Positions 29,281-42,214 are shown, numbered from the stretch's first letter. The stretch: 64,000 nucleotides of DNA from Armatimonadota bacterium (GCA_037443365.1 JBBIOM010000003.1:6942-70941), one strand, 5' to 3'. Notes: generated by a model not told the origin, from the letters alone. A program made the numbers and translations.

Positions 29281-31053
29281 ATGGCGGTCCACGGCGAGAT
29301 ACACCGCAGCACGTACTTCGATTCCGTCGCCCTGATGCTGGCGCAGCGCGAGGCGCGCGATCTGCCCGGAGTGGAGGAAGTGGGCGTCGTCATGGCGACG
29401 GACGCCAACAAGGAGATCCTGCGCGCCGGGGGTCTTGAGTTCCCGGCCCTGGCCGGGGCGCGCCCGGACGACCTCGTGGTTGTCGCCCGGGCTGCTTCCG
29501 AGGCCGAGGCGCGGGCGGCCGTCGCCTTTGCCATCCGGGCGCTCACCAGCCGCCGCGCGCAGGGGGTGGGAGACGCCTACCGCCCCAAGTCGGTCGCCTC
29601 GGCCTCGCGCCTTGCTCCCGAGGCCACGATCGCCTTGATATCGGTTCCGGGGCGGTTCGCACACTCGGTGGCGCGCGAGGCGCTCGATGCCGGATTGCAC
29701 GTCCTGCTCTTCTCGGACAACGTGCCCATCGAGCACGAGATAGCCCTGAAGGCGCGCGCTCGTGAGCGCGGGCTGCTCGTGATGGGTCCGGACTGCGGCA
29801 CCGCGATGATTGGGGGCGGGGCGCTCGGCTTTGCCAACCGCGTGCGCGCGGGGCGCATCGGCCTGGTCGGCGCGGCCGGCACCGGGCTGCAGGAGGTCGC
29901 CTCTCTGATCCACGGGTTTGGTGGCGGGATCACGCACGCGATCGGCACCGGCGGGCGCGATCTCGCCTCGGCCGTCGGCGGCGTGACGATGCTGGCCGGC
30001 CTGCGGGCGCTGGCCCTCGATCCCGCGACCGAGGTGATCGTCCTGGTGAGCAAGCCGCCCGCGCCGGAGGTCGCCGGCAAGATCCTGGCCGCGGCCGCTG
30101 CGTGCGGCAAGCCGGTGGTTGCCTCTTTCGTCGGTGCTGTGGTGCAGCCAGCAGGGCGGGTCTGCGGCGCCTCGACCCTCGAGGAGGCTGCGCGCCTCGC
30201 GGTGCAGCAGGCCTACGGCGCCGGGGCCGCGCCGCCGCCCATGCCGCACCTGCCGGGGCAGGAGGTGGAGCGGCTCGCCGCGGGGCAGAGGTACGTGCGC
30301 GGTCTTTACAGCGGCGGCACGCTCTGCTATGAGGCGCTGGTGCTGCTGCGGGAGAGCCTGGGCCCGGTCTACTCCAACTCGCCGGTGGATCCCTCCCTGG
30401 CGCTCGAGCCGGTGACGCGCAGCCGCGAGCACTCCGTCATTGACATGGGCGGGGACGAGTTCACGCAGGGCCGTCTCCACCCGATGCTCGACCCCACCCT
30501 GCGTCTTGCGCGCCTGCGGCAGGAGGCCGCCGACCCGCAGGTCGCGGTCATACTGCTGGACGTGGTGCTGGGCTACGCTGCCCACCCTGACCCCGCCGGA
30601 GCGCTCGCGCCCGTGATAAGGGAGGTCCGCGCGCGTGCATCGAGTGAGGGACGGCACCTCATCGTCGCAGGATCGGTCTGCGGCACGGATGAAGACCCTC
30701 AGGACGCGCCCGCGCAGCGCGCGGCGCTGGTCGAGGCGGGGATGCTGGTGGCAGAGAGCAACGCCCGCGCGGTTCACCTCGCGCGTATGGCTGTCGGGCG
30801 ACAGCGGTCAAGCGAGCCCTCTTCTGCTTCTACGAGTGATGTCGTCGCCGCTGCAGCGGCGACGACGGCGTGGCCCGACGTGGGTCCGATCACCGCGATG
30901 CTCAAGGCGCGTCCCTCGGTCATCAACGTCGGGCTCGAGTTGTTCGCCGAGAGCCTGCGGGCGCAGGGGGTGCCGGTTGTATCCGTGGACTGGCAGCCGC
31001 CGGCCGGAGGAAAGCGGCACCTGCTGGACCTGCTGGACAAACTGGAGGGGTAG
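29281..31053 (+). CDS. fdrA: FdrA/AllF (succinyl-CoA synthetase alpha-like; oxamate carbamoyltransferase subunit)
   Basis: YFDSVALM, FSDNV, MGPDCGT, GTGGRDL, GLYSGGTL, GRLHPMLDP, VDWQPPAGG. Confidence 0.92.
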   Translation: MAVHGEIHRSTYFDSVALMLAQREARDLPGVEEVGVVMATDANKEILRAGGLEFPALAGARPDDLVVVARAASEAEARAAVAFAIRALTSRRAQGVGDAYRPKSVASASRLAPEATIALISVPGRFAHSVAREALDAGLHVLLFSDNVPIEHEIALKARARERGLLVMGPDCGTAMIGGGALGFANRVRAGRIGLVGAAGTGLQEVASLIHGFGGGITHAIGTGGRDLASAVGGVTMLAGLRALALDPATEVIVLVSKPPAPEVAGKILAAAAACGKPVVASFVGAVVQPAGRVCGASTLEEAARLAVQQAYGAGAAPPPMPHLPGQEVERLAAGQRYVRGLYSGGTLCYEALVLLRESLGPVYSNSPVDPSLALEPVTRSREHSVIDMGGDEFTQGRLHPMLDPTLRLARLRQEAADPQVAVILLDVVLGYAAHPDPAGALAPVIREVRARASSEGRHLIVAGSVCGTDEDPQDAPAQRAALVEAGMLVAESNARAVHLARMAVGRQRSSEPSSASTSDVVAAAAATTAWPDVGPITAMLKARPSVINVGLELFAESLRAQGVPVVSVDWQPPAGGKRHLLDLLDKLEG

Positions 31054-31057
31054 CATA

Positions 31058-32296
31058 GTGGACATCAACGCCGCGAATCAGGAAGCCCTGGGACGCGTCC
31101 TCGCTGCGCAGCCGGTCCTGGCGGGGGTCGGGCGCGCGCTCGATCTCATCCCCGGCATGACCCCGGATCTCATCCTGCACGCGGGTCCGCCCATCTCCTG
31201 GGAGCGCATGTCCGGCCCGCTGCGCGGCGCCGTGATAGGCGGGCTCATCTTCGAGGGACGGGCGCGCACCGAGGACGAGGCGGTTGCGCTTGCTGCGTCG
31301 GGAGGGGTGCGCTTCGAGCCGTGCCATCACCACGCCGCCGTGGGGCCCATGGCCGGCGTGACCACCGCCTCCATGCGGGTCTACATCATCGAGAACCGCG
31401 CGGCGGGCAACCGGGCCTTCTCCAACTTCAACGAGGGATACGGCAAGGTGCTGCGCTACGGCGCATTCAGCGAGGACGTCCTGGCGCGGTTGCGGTGGGT
31501 AAACGAGGTCCTGGCGCCGTCCGTCGGCGATGCCCTCGAGCGCGCGGGCGGCCTCGACATGAAGGCGCTGATCGCGCAGCAACTGACAATGGGCGATGAG
31601 GGCCACAACCGCAATCGGGCGGGATCGGCCATGTTTGGCCGCCTGCTCGCCCCGCACCTCGCACGGGGCGGCCTCCCGGCGGAGGTGCTCGAGCAGGTGC
31701 TGCGCTACTTCGCCGACAACGACCTGGCGGTGCTCAACCCGGTGATGGCCGCGTGCAAGGCCACGATGGACGCCGCGTGCGGGATCGCCGGCAGCACGGT
31801 CGTCACCTGCATGGCGCGCAACGGCACCGACTTCGGGATCCGGGTCTCGGGCCTGGGCGACCGATGGTTCGTCGCCCCGGCCGCGGTCCCGGTGGGGCTC
31901 TACTTCCCCGGGTTTGCGGCCCACGACGCCAACCCCGACATAGGCGACTCGACGATCACCGAGACCGCGGGCATCGGTGCATTCGCCATGGCCGCGGCCC
32001 CTGCCATCGTGAAGTTCGTGGGCGGCACGCCGGCCGAGGCCACGGCCGCGACGCTGGAGATGTACGAGATCACCGTCGGCGAGAACCCGGCCTTCGGGCT
32101 GCCGCCGCTGGACTTCCGTGGGACCCCGACCGGGGTAGACATCCGCAAGGTCGTGCGCACCGGCATCACCCCGCGCATCAACACCGGCATAGCGCACAGG
32201 ATGCCGGGCGTCGGCCAGGTGGGCGCCGGGCTCGTGCGCCCGCCCATGGCGTGCTTCGAACAGGCCCTGGAGGCAATGGCTGAACTGGCGACCTAA
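31058..32296 (+). CDS. ylbE: DUF1116 protein (YlbE/AllG)
   Basis: LHAGPP, VGPMAG, MGDEGHNRN, MARNG, DIGDSTITE, INTGIAH; GTG start. Confidence 0.92.
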   Translation: MDINAANQEALGRVLAAQPVLAGVGRALDLIPGMTPDLILHAGPPISWERMSGPLRGAVIGGLIFEGRARTEDEAVALAASGGVRFEPCHHHAAVGPMAGVTTASMRVYIIENRAAGNRAFSNFNEGYGKVLRYGAFSEDVLARLRWVNEVLAPSVGDALERAGGLDMKALIAQQLTMGDEGHNRNRAGSAMFGRLLAPHLARGGLPAEVLEQVLRYFADNDLAVLNPVMAACKATMDAACGIAGSTVVTCMARNGTDFGIRVSGLGDRWFVAPAAVPVGLYFPGFAAHDANPDIGDSTITETAGIGAFAMAAAPAIVKFVGGTPAEATAATLEMYEITVGENPAFGLPPLDFRGTPTGVDIRKVVRTGITPRINTGIAHRMPGVGQVGAGLVRPPMACFEQALEAMAELAT

Positions 32297-32339
32297 AAGA
32301 GGGCTTCCAAGGCGGACATCTCAAGGAGGTGTGCCTGGA

Positions 32340-32798
32340 ATGAGGGTGGAGGCAAGGCTCGCCGAGATGGGACTCGAGCTTCCCAGCGCGCCCAAGCCTG
32401 TTGCGAACTACGTCCGCACGGTGCGTGCCGGGAACCTGCTGTTCGTGTCGGGGCACGGCCCGTACCGCGACGGGAAACTGCAGTTCCTCGGCAAGGTCGG
32501 CGTGGACCTGACCGTGGAAGAGGGCTACCAGGCCGCCCGGCTGGTGGCGCTCAACTGCCTGGCCTCCGTGAAGGAGGCACTGGGCGACCTCGACCGCGTC
32601 AAGCGCGTGGTGAAGCTGCTGGGCATGGTCAACTGCCCGCCCGAGTTCGGGGGGCAACCCGAGGTGATCAACGGCGCCTCGGACCTGCTGGTGGAGCTCT
32701 ACGGCGACGCCGGGCGCCACGCCCGGTCGGCGGTTGGGATGAGCGCGCTCCCGCGGGGCATCGCGGTGGAGATCGAGATGGTCTTGGAAGTCGAGTAG
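32340..32798 (+). CDS. RidA/YjgF family protein
   Basis: PVANYV, NGASDLL, GRHARSAVG, VEIE; AGGAGG SD. Confidence 0.9.
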   Translation: MRVEARLAEMGLELPSAPKPVANYVRTVRAGNLLFVSGHGPYRDGKLQFLGKVGVDLTVEEGYQAARLVALNCLASVKEALGDLDRVKRVVKLLGMVNCPPEFGGQPEVINGASDLLVELYGDAGRHARSAVGMSALPRGIAVEIEMVLEVE

Positions 32799-32867
32799 GT
32801 CCTGGCCTCCCCGCCGCCGAAGAACCCCACGACGGAGCACGCTCGAACACCAGACGGAGGTGGACGG

Positions 32868-33698
32868 ATGAAGCCGTTTGACCTGTCAAGGGCACGGGTT
32901 CTGGATCTCTCGCAGAACTTCAGCGTGGACTCGCCGCCATTCGCCTACTACGAGGGGCCCACGATCAAGTGGGTGAAGAAGATGGCCTTCGAGGGCGTGA
33001 ACGCGCAGCACATCAGCAGCACCAACCACATCGCCACCCACCTCGACGCGCCGCTGCACTTCAACGATCCCGGGCCCGACGTGGCAGGGATCCCGATCGG
33101 CGACCTCGTCGGCCCGGCGTGCATCGTGGACCTGCAGCAGTTCGGGATCGGCGACTACGATATCTACGGACCGCGGCACTTCGAGGAGTGGGAGAAGAAG
33201 CACAAGACGAAGATCGAGCGCGGCGACATCCTGGTGATTCACACGGGCTATCACGCCTACTACAACGAGGACTGGTCGGAGAACACGAGGAAGCAGCATC
33301 CCGACGCCCGGCCCGACCTTCCCAGGGCGTTCCTGCGCCATCCCGGCCCGCAGGCCGAGTTCTGCGACTGGGTGCTCGACCGCGGCATCCGGTGGATGGC
33401 GGTTGACGCCATCTCGACTGACCACCCCTTCAACACCAAGGTGCGCGACGCCCGCCGCGACCTGATTCCCGAGGTGGAGGCCAAGATCGGCATGACCATG
33501 GACCAGGCGTTTCCCTGGCCGAAGGACTACCAGGCCACGCACACCCGGCTCTTCCCCAAGGGCGTGTTCCACATCGAGAACGTGGGCGGGGACGTTGACC
33601 TGGTCCTGAACAAGCGCGTGTGGATAGGCTGCTTCCCGTTCCGGTTCAAGGGCGGCGAGGCGGCGTTCTGCCGGTTCGTGGCGTTCGTGGAGGCATGA
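32868..33698 (+). CDS. Cyclase family metal-dependent amidohydrolase (kynurenine formamidase/isatin hydrolase-like)
   Basis: HIATHLDAP metal motif, GDILVIHTG, HIENVG. Confidence 0.88.
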   Translation: MKPFDLSRARVLDLSQNFSVDSPPFAYYEGPTIKWVKKMAFEGVNAQHISSTNHIATHLDAPLHFNDPGPDVAGIPIGDLVGPACIVDLQQFGIGDYDIYGPRHFEEWEKKHKTKIERGDILVIHTGYHAYYNEDWSENTRKQHPDARPDLPRAFLRHPGPQAEFCDWVLDRGIRWMAVDAISTDHPFNTKVRDARRDLIPEVEAKIGMTMDQAFPWPKDYQATHTRLFPKGVFHIENVGGDVDLVLNKRVWIGCFPFRFKGGEAAFCRFVAFVEA

Positions 33699-34903
33699 CG
33701 GCCGAACCGGGAGGCGCGGTGGCGCCTCTCGACGGTCTCCTCGTACTAGACCTGACCCGGGCCCTCGCGGGCCCGTACTGCACCCTCATGCTGGCGGACA
33801 TGGGGGCCCGGGTCATCAAGGTCGAGACCCCCGACGGCGGAGATGACACGCGCGGCTGGGGGCCGCCGTTCATCCAGGGCGAGAGCACATACTTCCTGTG
33901 CATCAACCGCAACAAGGAGAGCCTGACCCTCAACCTCAAGCACCCCGACGCGCAGCGGGCTCTCTGGAGGCTCATCGAGCGCGCCGACGTGCTGGTTGAG
34001 AACTTCCGGCCGGGCGTGATGGAACGCCTCGGCTTCGGCTACGATGCTGTGCACGAGGCCAACCCCCGCCTTATCTACGCGTCGGTCTCCGGGTTCGGGC
34101 AGGACGGCCCGTACCGCGAGCGCGTGGCCTACGATCTGATCCTGCAGGGCATGGGCGGGTTGATGGGGACGACCGGCGAGGAGGGCGGCCCGCCCGTCAA
34201 GATTGGGGTGGCGGTCACCGACATCGCGGCCGGCATGTTCGCGGCGTACGGCGTTGTCGTGGCGCTGCAGGCGCGGGCCCGCACCGGCGTGGGGCAGCTG
34301 GTGGACGCCTCGATGCTCGACAGCCAGGTCGCCTGGATGACCTATCAGGCCGGCGCGTACTTCGCGACAGGGGAGAACCCGAAGCGGCTGGGCACCGCGC
34401 ATCCCTCGCTGGTGCCTTATCAATCGTTCGCGACAAGCGACGGATACGTGAACCTGGCGGTGGGCAGCGAGGCCATCTGGGGGCGGTTCGTCGTGGCCGT
34501 GGACGCGCCGCACCTGGCCGACGACCCCCGGTTTCGCACCAACGCCGACCGAGTCCGCCATCGCGATGAGCTCATCGCCTTGCTGGAGCCGGTCCTTGCG
34601 CAAAGGACGATGGCCGAATGGTCGGCCGTCTTCGAATCGGCCGGCGTGCCGGCGGGCCCGATCTACCAGATGTCCGACCTGTTCGGCGACCCCCAGGTGC
34701 GCCACCGACGGCTGGTTGTTGAGATGGAGCATCCCAAGGCCGGCCTGATCAGGCAGACCGGTGTTCCCGTCAAGCTCTCGGCGACCCCGGGGCGCGTTGC
34801 CTCGCCGCCGCCGCTGCTGGGGCAGCACACGGATGCGATTCTGCAGGAGCTCGGCTACGACGCCGATGCGATTGGAGGCATGCGCCGCGCTGGCGCGATC
34901 TGA
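33695..34903 (+). CDS. Family III (CaiB/BaiF/Frc) CoA-transferase
   Basis: LDLTRALAGP, NRNKES, ENFRPG, SGFGQDGP, catalytic D in VTDIAAG; ATGA overlap. Confidence 0.93.
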   Translation: MTAEPGGAVAPLDGLLVLDLTRALAGPYCTLMLADMGARVIKVETPDGGDDTRGWGPPFIQGESTYFLCINRNKESLTLNLKHPDAQRALWRLIERADVLVENFRPGVMERLGFGYDAVHEANPRLIYASVSGFGQDGPYRERVAYDLILQGMGGLMGTTGEEGGPPVKIGVAVTDIAAGMFAAYGVVVALQARARTGVGQLVDASMLDSQVAWMTYQAGAYFATGENPKRLGTAHPSLVPYQSFATSDGYVNLAVGSEAIWGRFVVAVDAPHLADDPRFRTNADRVRHRDELIALLEPVLAQRTMAEWSAVFESAGVPAGPIYQMSDLFGDPQVRHRRLVVEMEHPKAGLIRQTGVPVKLSATPGRVASPPPLLGQHTDAILQELGYDADAIGGMRRAGAI

Positions 34904-34927
34904 GACCCGGAGTCGGGAGGCACTGCC

Positions 34928-36688
34928 ATGCCTGAAGCCGAACGCTGCCCGGAGTGCCAGACCCAGACCCCGCGCGGCACACTGCGGGCCGGACTCTGGA
35001 TCTGCCCTTCGTGCGGGTGGCATCTTTCCATGCCGGCCCGCGACCGCATCGAATCCCTGGCCGATCCGCGGACATTCAGGGAGCTCGCCCGGGGCCTGGT
35101 GTCGGTGGACCCGCTCAAGTTCACGGACCAGCACGCCTACCGGGCGCGGCTGCTCGACGCGCGCAGGCAGACCGGGCTGCGCGAGGCCGTGGTGACGGGC
35201 ACCGCCCGGATAGACGGGCTGCCGGTGGTCCTCGCCGTGTTCGACTTCGCGTTTCTCGGCGGGACCATGGGCTCGGCGGTGGGCGAGAAGATCGCCGACG
35301 CGTTCGAGGTCGCCACGCGGCGCAGGTGGCCGGTTGTCACGGTCACCTCCAGCGGCGGCGCCCGGATGCAGGAAGGGATGCTCTCGCTGATGCAGATGGC
35401 CAAGACCGCGGCGGCGCGAGGGCGCCATCACGCCGCGGGATTGGCGCACATCTCGGTGCTCGCCCACCCGACCTTCGGGGGCGTGGCCGCGAGCTTCGCC
35501 TCCCTGGGCGACGTGCTGGTCGCCGAGCCAGGGGCGCACATCGGGTTCATCGGGCCGCGCGTCATCGAGGCGACCATCGGCGAGACCCTGCCGCCGGGTT
35601 CGCACCGCGCCGAGCGGCTCTTCGCCGGCGGCATGGTGGACATGCTGGTCAGCCGGCGCGCATTGCGCGAGGCGGTATCGGGCCTTGTGCGCCACCTGAG
35701 GCGCCCCGCGCGGGCGCGCAGGGCCGCCAATGCGCCGCCTGCCCGCGCGGCCTCAATCGCGCCGGAGCGTTCGGCATGGGAGATCGTGCAGATCGCGCGG
35801 CGGCCCGACCGGCCGACCGCGCTCCTCTACATCCAGAAGCTGATCTCGCGGTTCGTAGAGCTGCACGGCGATCGCCAGTTCGGCGACGACCCGGCCACCG
35901 TTGGCGGGATCGGCGAGTTCGACGGCCAGACCGTGGTCGTGGTCGGTCAGGAGCGCGGCGCCACGCAGGAGGAGGCAGGCGCGCGCCACCGGGGCATGGC
36001 CCGCCCTGAGGGGTACCGCGAGGCGCTACGCCTGATGAACCTGGCCGCCAAGTTCCGCCTGCCGCTCGTGACCCTCATTGACACCCCGGGCGCCTACCCG
36101 GGATACGAATCCGAGCAGAGGGGGATCGCGCAGGCGCTGGCGCACGACCTGCAGGCGATGGCGCTCCTGCCCACACCGGTCGTGGCGGTGGTCATCGGTG
36201 AGGGCGGGAGCGGAGGCGCCCTGGCCCTGGCCGTGGGCGATCGCGTGATGATGCTGGAGAACGCGTACTTCTCGGTCATCTCGCCCGAGGGTGCCGCGGC
36301 CATCCTCTACCGTGACGTCGCGCGCGCCGAGGATCTCGCGGCCGCGCTCAAGATGACCGCATCCGACCTGCTGAGGCTGGGCGTCATTGACGAGATCGTG
36401 CCCGAGCCGGCGGGCGGCGCACACGTGGATCCGGATGCCGCGGCCGAGTCGGTGCGCCGCCACCTGCGCGCGGCGCTGGGGTCGCTCTGTCCTCAATCCC
36501 CGGAGAAGCTGCTGCACCGGCGTTACCGCAAGTACCGGCAGATCGGGCGCGTGGGCGCCTACTGGCGAGAGGTGGTGCTTGGGGAGGTAGCGGACGCGCT
36601 GGAGACGCTCGAGCGCCGGATGCCGCGCCGCAGGAGCGCCGCGCGGCCGGACCAGGCGTCCGCGGAGGCCGGGCGACGGCCCGGCTGA
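34928..36688 (+). CDS. accDA: Fused carboxyltransferase beta-alpha (AccD-AccA)
   Basis: Zn ribbon CPEC...CPSC, GGARMQEG, ELHGDR, DTPGAYPG, GEGGSGGA. Confidence 0.92.
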   Translation: MPEAERCPECQTQTPRGTLRAGLWICPSCGWHLSMPARDRIESLADPRTFRELARGLVSVDPLKFTDQHAYRARLLDARRQTGLREAVVTGTARIDGLPVVLAVFDFAFLGGTMGSAVGEKIADAFEVATRRRWPVVTVTSSGGARMQEGMLSLMQMAKTAAARGRHHAAGLAHISVLAHPTFGGVAASFASLGDVLVAEPGAHIGFIGPRVIEATIGETLPPGSHRAERLFAGGMVDMLVSRRALREAVSGLVRHLRRPARARRAANAPPARAASIAPERSAWEIVQIARRPDRPTALLYIQKLISRFVELHGDRQFGDDPATVGGIGEFDGQTVVVVGQERGATQEEAGARHRGMARPEGYREALRLMNLAAKFRLPLVTLIDTPGAYPGYESEQRGIAQALAHDLQAMALLPTPVVAVVIGEGGSGGALALAVGDRVMMLENAYFSVISPEGAAAILYRDVARAEDLAAALKMTASDLLRLGVIDEIVPEPAGGAHVDPDAAAESVRRHLRAALGSLCPQSPEKLLHRRYRKYRQIGRVGAYWREVVLGEVADALETLERRMPRRRSAARPDQASAEAGRRPG

Positions 36689-36845
36689 GGACCCGGCAGG
36701 GAACTAGCAGACAGCGTCGAACGGTTCGGCGATCCCGGAAGGCGGCAGATAGGCACAAGCACGCGACCGGGGCGTCACTTGGTGGAGAGGGGGTGGAAGC
36801 GAAAGTCAGGATGGGCGGATTCTGACCACGAAGGGAGGCGGATGA

Positions 36846-38267
36846 GTGGCAACAGAGGTTAAGAGGGGAGAGTTGATCTACTCTGTCGACGACATCCCGC
36901 AACCGTTCAGCAGGGCCTTCTTCCTGGGTGTTCAGCACGTCCTGACAATGTTTGGCGCAACGGTCTCGGTCCCGCTCCTCCTGGGGCCGGCCATGGGGAT
37001 GACCCAGGCACAGATCGCGACGCTGGTCGGATCTGTCATGCTCGCTTCCGGGGTTGTCACCCTGCTCCAGGTGCACTGGGGGTCCCGGCTGCCCATCGTG
37101 CAGGGAGTCTCGTTCTCGTTCCTCGGTCCGTTCTTCGCCATCATCGGCGCTCACAAGGCGCACGGTGGCCCGGTCGTCATGCAGTACATCGCCGGCGCCA
37201 TCATGACCGGCAGCTTCGTCGAGATGGCGGTCGGTCACTTCCGCTGGATCGGCAAGCTGCGCCGCGTGATCAGCCCCGTGGTGATCGGCCCGGTCATCAT
37301 GCTGATAGGCCTGGCCCTGTTCAAGGTCGGTGCCCCCAAGGCGGGCGCCTACTGGCCGATGGCCGCGCTCGTCATCTTCTGCATATTCTGGTTCTCACAG
37401 TTCCTCTCGCGCGGCAGCCTCGTCTTCCGGTTGTTCCCCATCCTGCTGGCCGTCGCCGTCGGGTGGGTGGTGTCGTACTTCTTCAGCGCGATCGGCACCT
37501 TCGGCCCCAACCATCCCTCCTACGTGGGCCTGCAGGTGGTGCGGGAGGCAGCGTGGTTCCGGCCGCCTTGGGGAGAGGGCATCGGCTGGATCTTCCCGTG
37601 GGGTCTTCCCAAGTTCAGCCTGGCCTTCTTCCTTGCGATCCTGGCCGGCTATCTCGCCTCCATGATCGAGTCGTTTGGTGACTACCACTCGGTCTCGTAC
37701 ATGAGCCGGCTCCCGGACCCCAGCGAGGACACGATCAACAAGGGGATCCGCGCCGAGGGCGTGGGGTGCTTCTTCACCGGCCTGTTCGGTGGATTCGCCA
37801 GCACGAGCTACTCCGAGAACATCGGGCTGATCGGGATAACGCGGGTCGCCAGCCGCTACGTGGTGACCATCGGCTCCTTCGTCCTGATCTTCCTGGGTGT
37901 CTTCGGCAAGTTCGGCGCACTCGCCGCGACGCTACCCGGGCCTGTGGTGGGCGCGATGTACTGCGCGCTCTTCGGGCTCATCGCGGCCATCGGCGTGCAG
38001 CAGGTGGCGCGCTGCGATCTTCGCAGCGACCGCAACCTGCTGATCATCGGGTTCTCCCTCTTCATGGGCCTGAGCCTCCCGGCGTACTTCACGGGCGTTC
38101 CGGAGCTCGAGTTCGCGGCCCAGAAGGTCGTCATCACCTGGGCGCCCTGGCTCGCCGACATGATCAACATCGTCGGGTCCACGGGCATGGCGGTTGCCGC
38201 GATATTCGGGCTTGTCCTGGACAACCTGCTGCCAGGGACTCTGGAGGAGCGGGGAATCAGGAGCTAG
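36846..38267 (+). CDS. NCS2 nucleobase:cation symporter (xanthine/uracil permease family)
   Basis: QH motif in TM1, IESFGD, SYSENIGLIGITRVASR signature. Confidence 0.93.
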   Translation: MATEVKRGELIYSVDDIPQPFSRAFFLGVQHVLTMFGATVSVPLLLGPAMGMTQAQIATLVGSVMLASGVVTLLQVHWGSRLPIVQGVSFSFLGPFFAIIGAHKAHGGPVVMQYIAGAIMTGSFVEMAVGHFRWIGKLRRVISPVVIGPVIMLIGLALFKVGAPKAGAYWPMAALVIFCIFWFSQFLSRGSLVFRLFPILLAVAVGWVVSYFFSAIGTFGPNHPSYVGLQVVREAAWFRPPWGEGIGWIFPWGLPKFSLAFFLAILAGYLASMIESFGDYHSVSYMSRLPDPSEDTINKGIRAEGVGCFFTGLFGGFASTSYSENIGLIGITRVASRYVVTIGSFVLIFLGVFGKFGALAATLPGPVVGAMYCALFGLIAAIGVQQVARCDLRSDRNLLIIGFSLFMGLSLPAYFTGVPELEFAAQKVVITWAPWLADMINIVGSTGMAVAAIFGLVLDNLLPGTLEERGIRS

Positions 38268-38305
38268 GCGTGATCGAGCCGGGAAAGTGCCCGGCGCAGT
38301 GCACG

Positions 38306-38339
38306 TCGCGGGGGCTGCCCTCTTGGGGAGCCCCCGCGA
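38306..38339. terminator. GC-rich stem-loop between convergent NCS2 and katG genes (possible terminator)
   Basis: TCGCGGGGG...CCCCCGCGA perfect 9-bp arms plus inner pairing; no clear U-tract. Confidence 0.45.
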
Positions 38340-38519
38340 ATCCTTCCAGCCAGCCCGGCGGCGTGCTTTGGATTGCCCTCATTGGCGAGCCGTCCTCGCT
38401 TGTTCTCCGCTGGGCCACAGCACTGATTGCTCAGCCCATCACTCACCGCATCCGTGCGGGCCTGCCATGGACAGCAGGCTCCACCCACTTGGGAGCCCCT
38501 GAATGTGCTTACGCCATGG

Positions 38520-41226
<2,707 letters not shown>

Positions 41227-41284
41227 GCGCACCCCCTTGCGCTCTGCAGGCTTCACGCCGTGGAAGCCCCCTGCCCTCAGGTAT

Positions 41285-41305
41285 CCATATTCATAATGAG
41301 TATGG
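41285..41305. promoter_or_regulatory. AT-rich 10-1-10 palindrome, candidate Fur/PerR operator
   Basis: CCATATTCAT-A-ATGAGTATGG with one mismatch, about 60 bp upstream of the Fur-family gene. Confidence 0.7.
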
Positions 41306-41341
41306 TTTTCTGGATCAGCATGCCAGATCGTCGCGGTCCCG

Positions 41342-42214
41342 TCAAGAGTGTGACGCCGGTCCGCGCTGCAGTGCCACCACCGAGGCCAGGATGAGTAGCG
41401 CGCCGGCGATCGCACGCCCCGCAAGCGCTTCTCCCAGCAGCGCCGCCGCGAACACCGCGGCAACCGCCGGCTCGACAGTCGCGGTCAGGCTGGCGGACCG
41501 GCTATCGATGAAGCGCAATCCGTAGAGGAACAGGGCGAACGGCAGCACGGTAGCGAACACCACAATGAAGAGGAGCAAGCCCCACTCGCCCGGTGTGAAC
41601 GGAAGCAGGTATACACGCCAGGGCGGCGTGTGTAGGCTCCAGAGGATCGAACCCACCAGCAACCCGTAGAACAGCATGTGCCACGGATCCACGGTGCGGG
41701 CACGTGAGCGTCCCATCAGGATCCAGCCCGCGAAGCCTAGCGCCGAGGCGATCCCTGACGCGACCGCGGCTGGCGAGACAGCGAGCCCGTGCGATCCCGC
41801 CACGAGCAAGTAGCCGCCAGCGATCACGCCCGCGAGGCAGGCCGCCTGCATTGCGTGTAGGCGTTCGCGGTGCACCACGGCCGTGTAGGCAACCACCAGC
41901 GCTGGCGCCGTGTACTGCAGAAAGATTGCCGTCGCAACATCGGCCAGGCTGATGGTCAGGTAGTACATCGACTGGGAAACGACCATTGCGACGCCCAGGG
42001 GGATCAACCGGAGCACCACGACCCACGGTAACCTCACCGAGCGCCCCTGTGCCCACAACGCAGTCGCGGTCAGCACCAGGCCCGCGGTCACGCGTATCTC
42101 GACCACCGCCGCGGGAGTGATCGTCCCGCGGTTGAACAGGGCCTTGGCCACCACACCGGCGATGCCCCACAATGAGGCCGCGGCAAGCACGGCCGCGTAT
42201 CCCCGCAGGCGCAT
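41342..42214 (-). CDS. EamA/DMT family transporter
   Basis: About 10 TM helices, LWG, LQYTAP, TVEPAVA. Confidence 0.88.
   Translation of the reverse strand: MRLRGYAAVLAAASLWGIAGVVAKALFNRGTITPAAVVEIRVTAGLVLTATALWAQGRSVRLPWVVVLRLIPLGVAMVVSQSMYYLTISLADVATAIFLQYTAPALVVAYTAVVHRERLHAMQAACLAGVIAGGYLLVAGSHGLAVSPAAVASGIASALGFAGWILMGRSRARTVDPWHMLFYGLLVGSILWSLHTPPWRVYLLPFTPGEWGLLLFIVVFATVLPFALFLYGLRFIDSRSASLTATVEPAVAAVFAAALLGEALAGRAIAGALLILASVVALQRGPASHS

Noticed and set aside
30800-31053. FdrA C-terminal extension as a novel fusion
   Set aside because: The VDWQPPAGG segment is a normal part of FdrA-type systems.
38268-38519. Small ORF or IS remnant between NCS2 and katG
   Set aside because: No SD-supported ORF, terminal inverted repeats or transposase-like translation; only hairpins.
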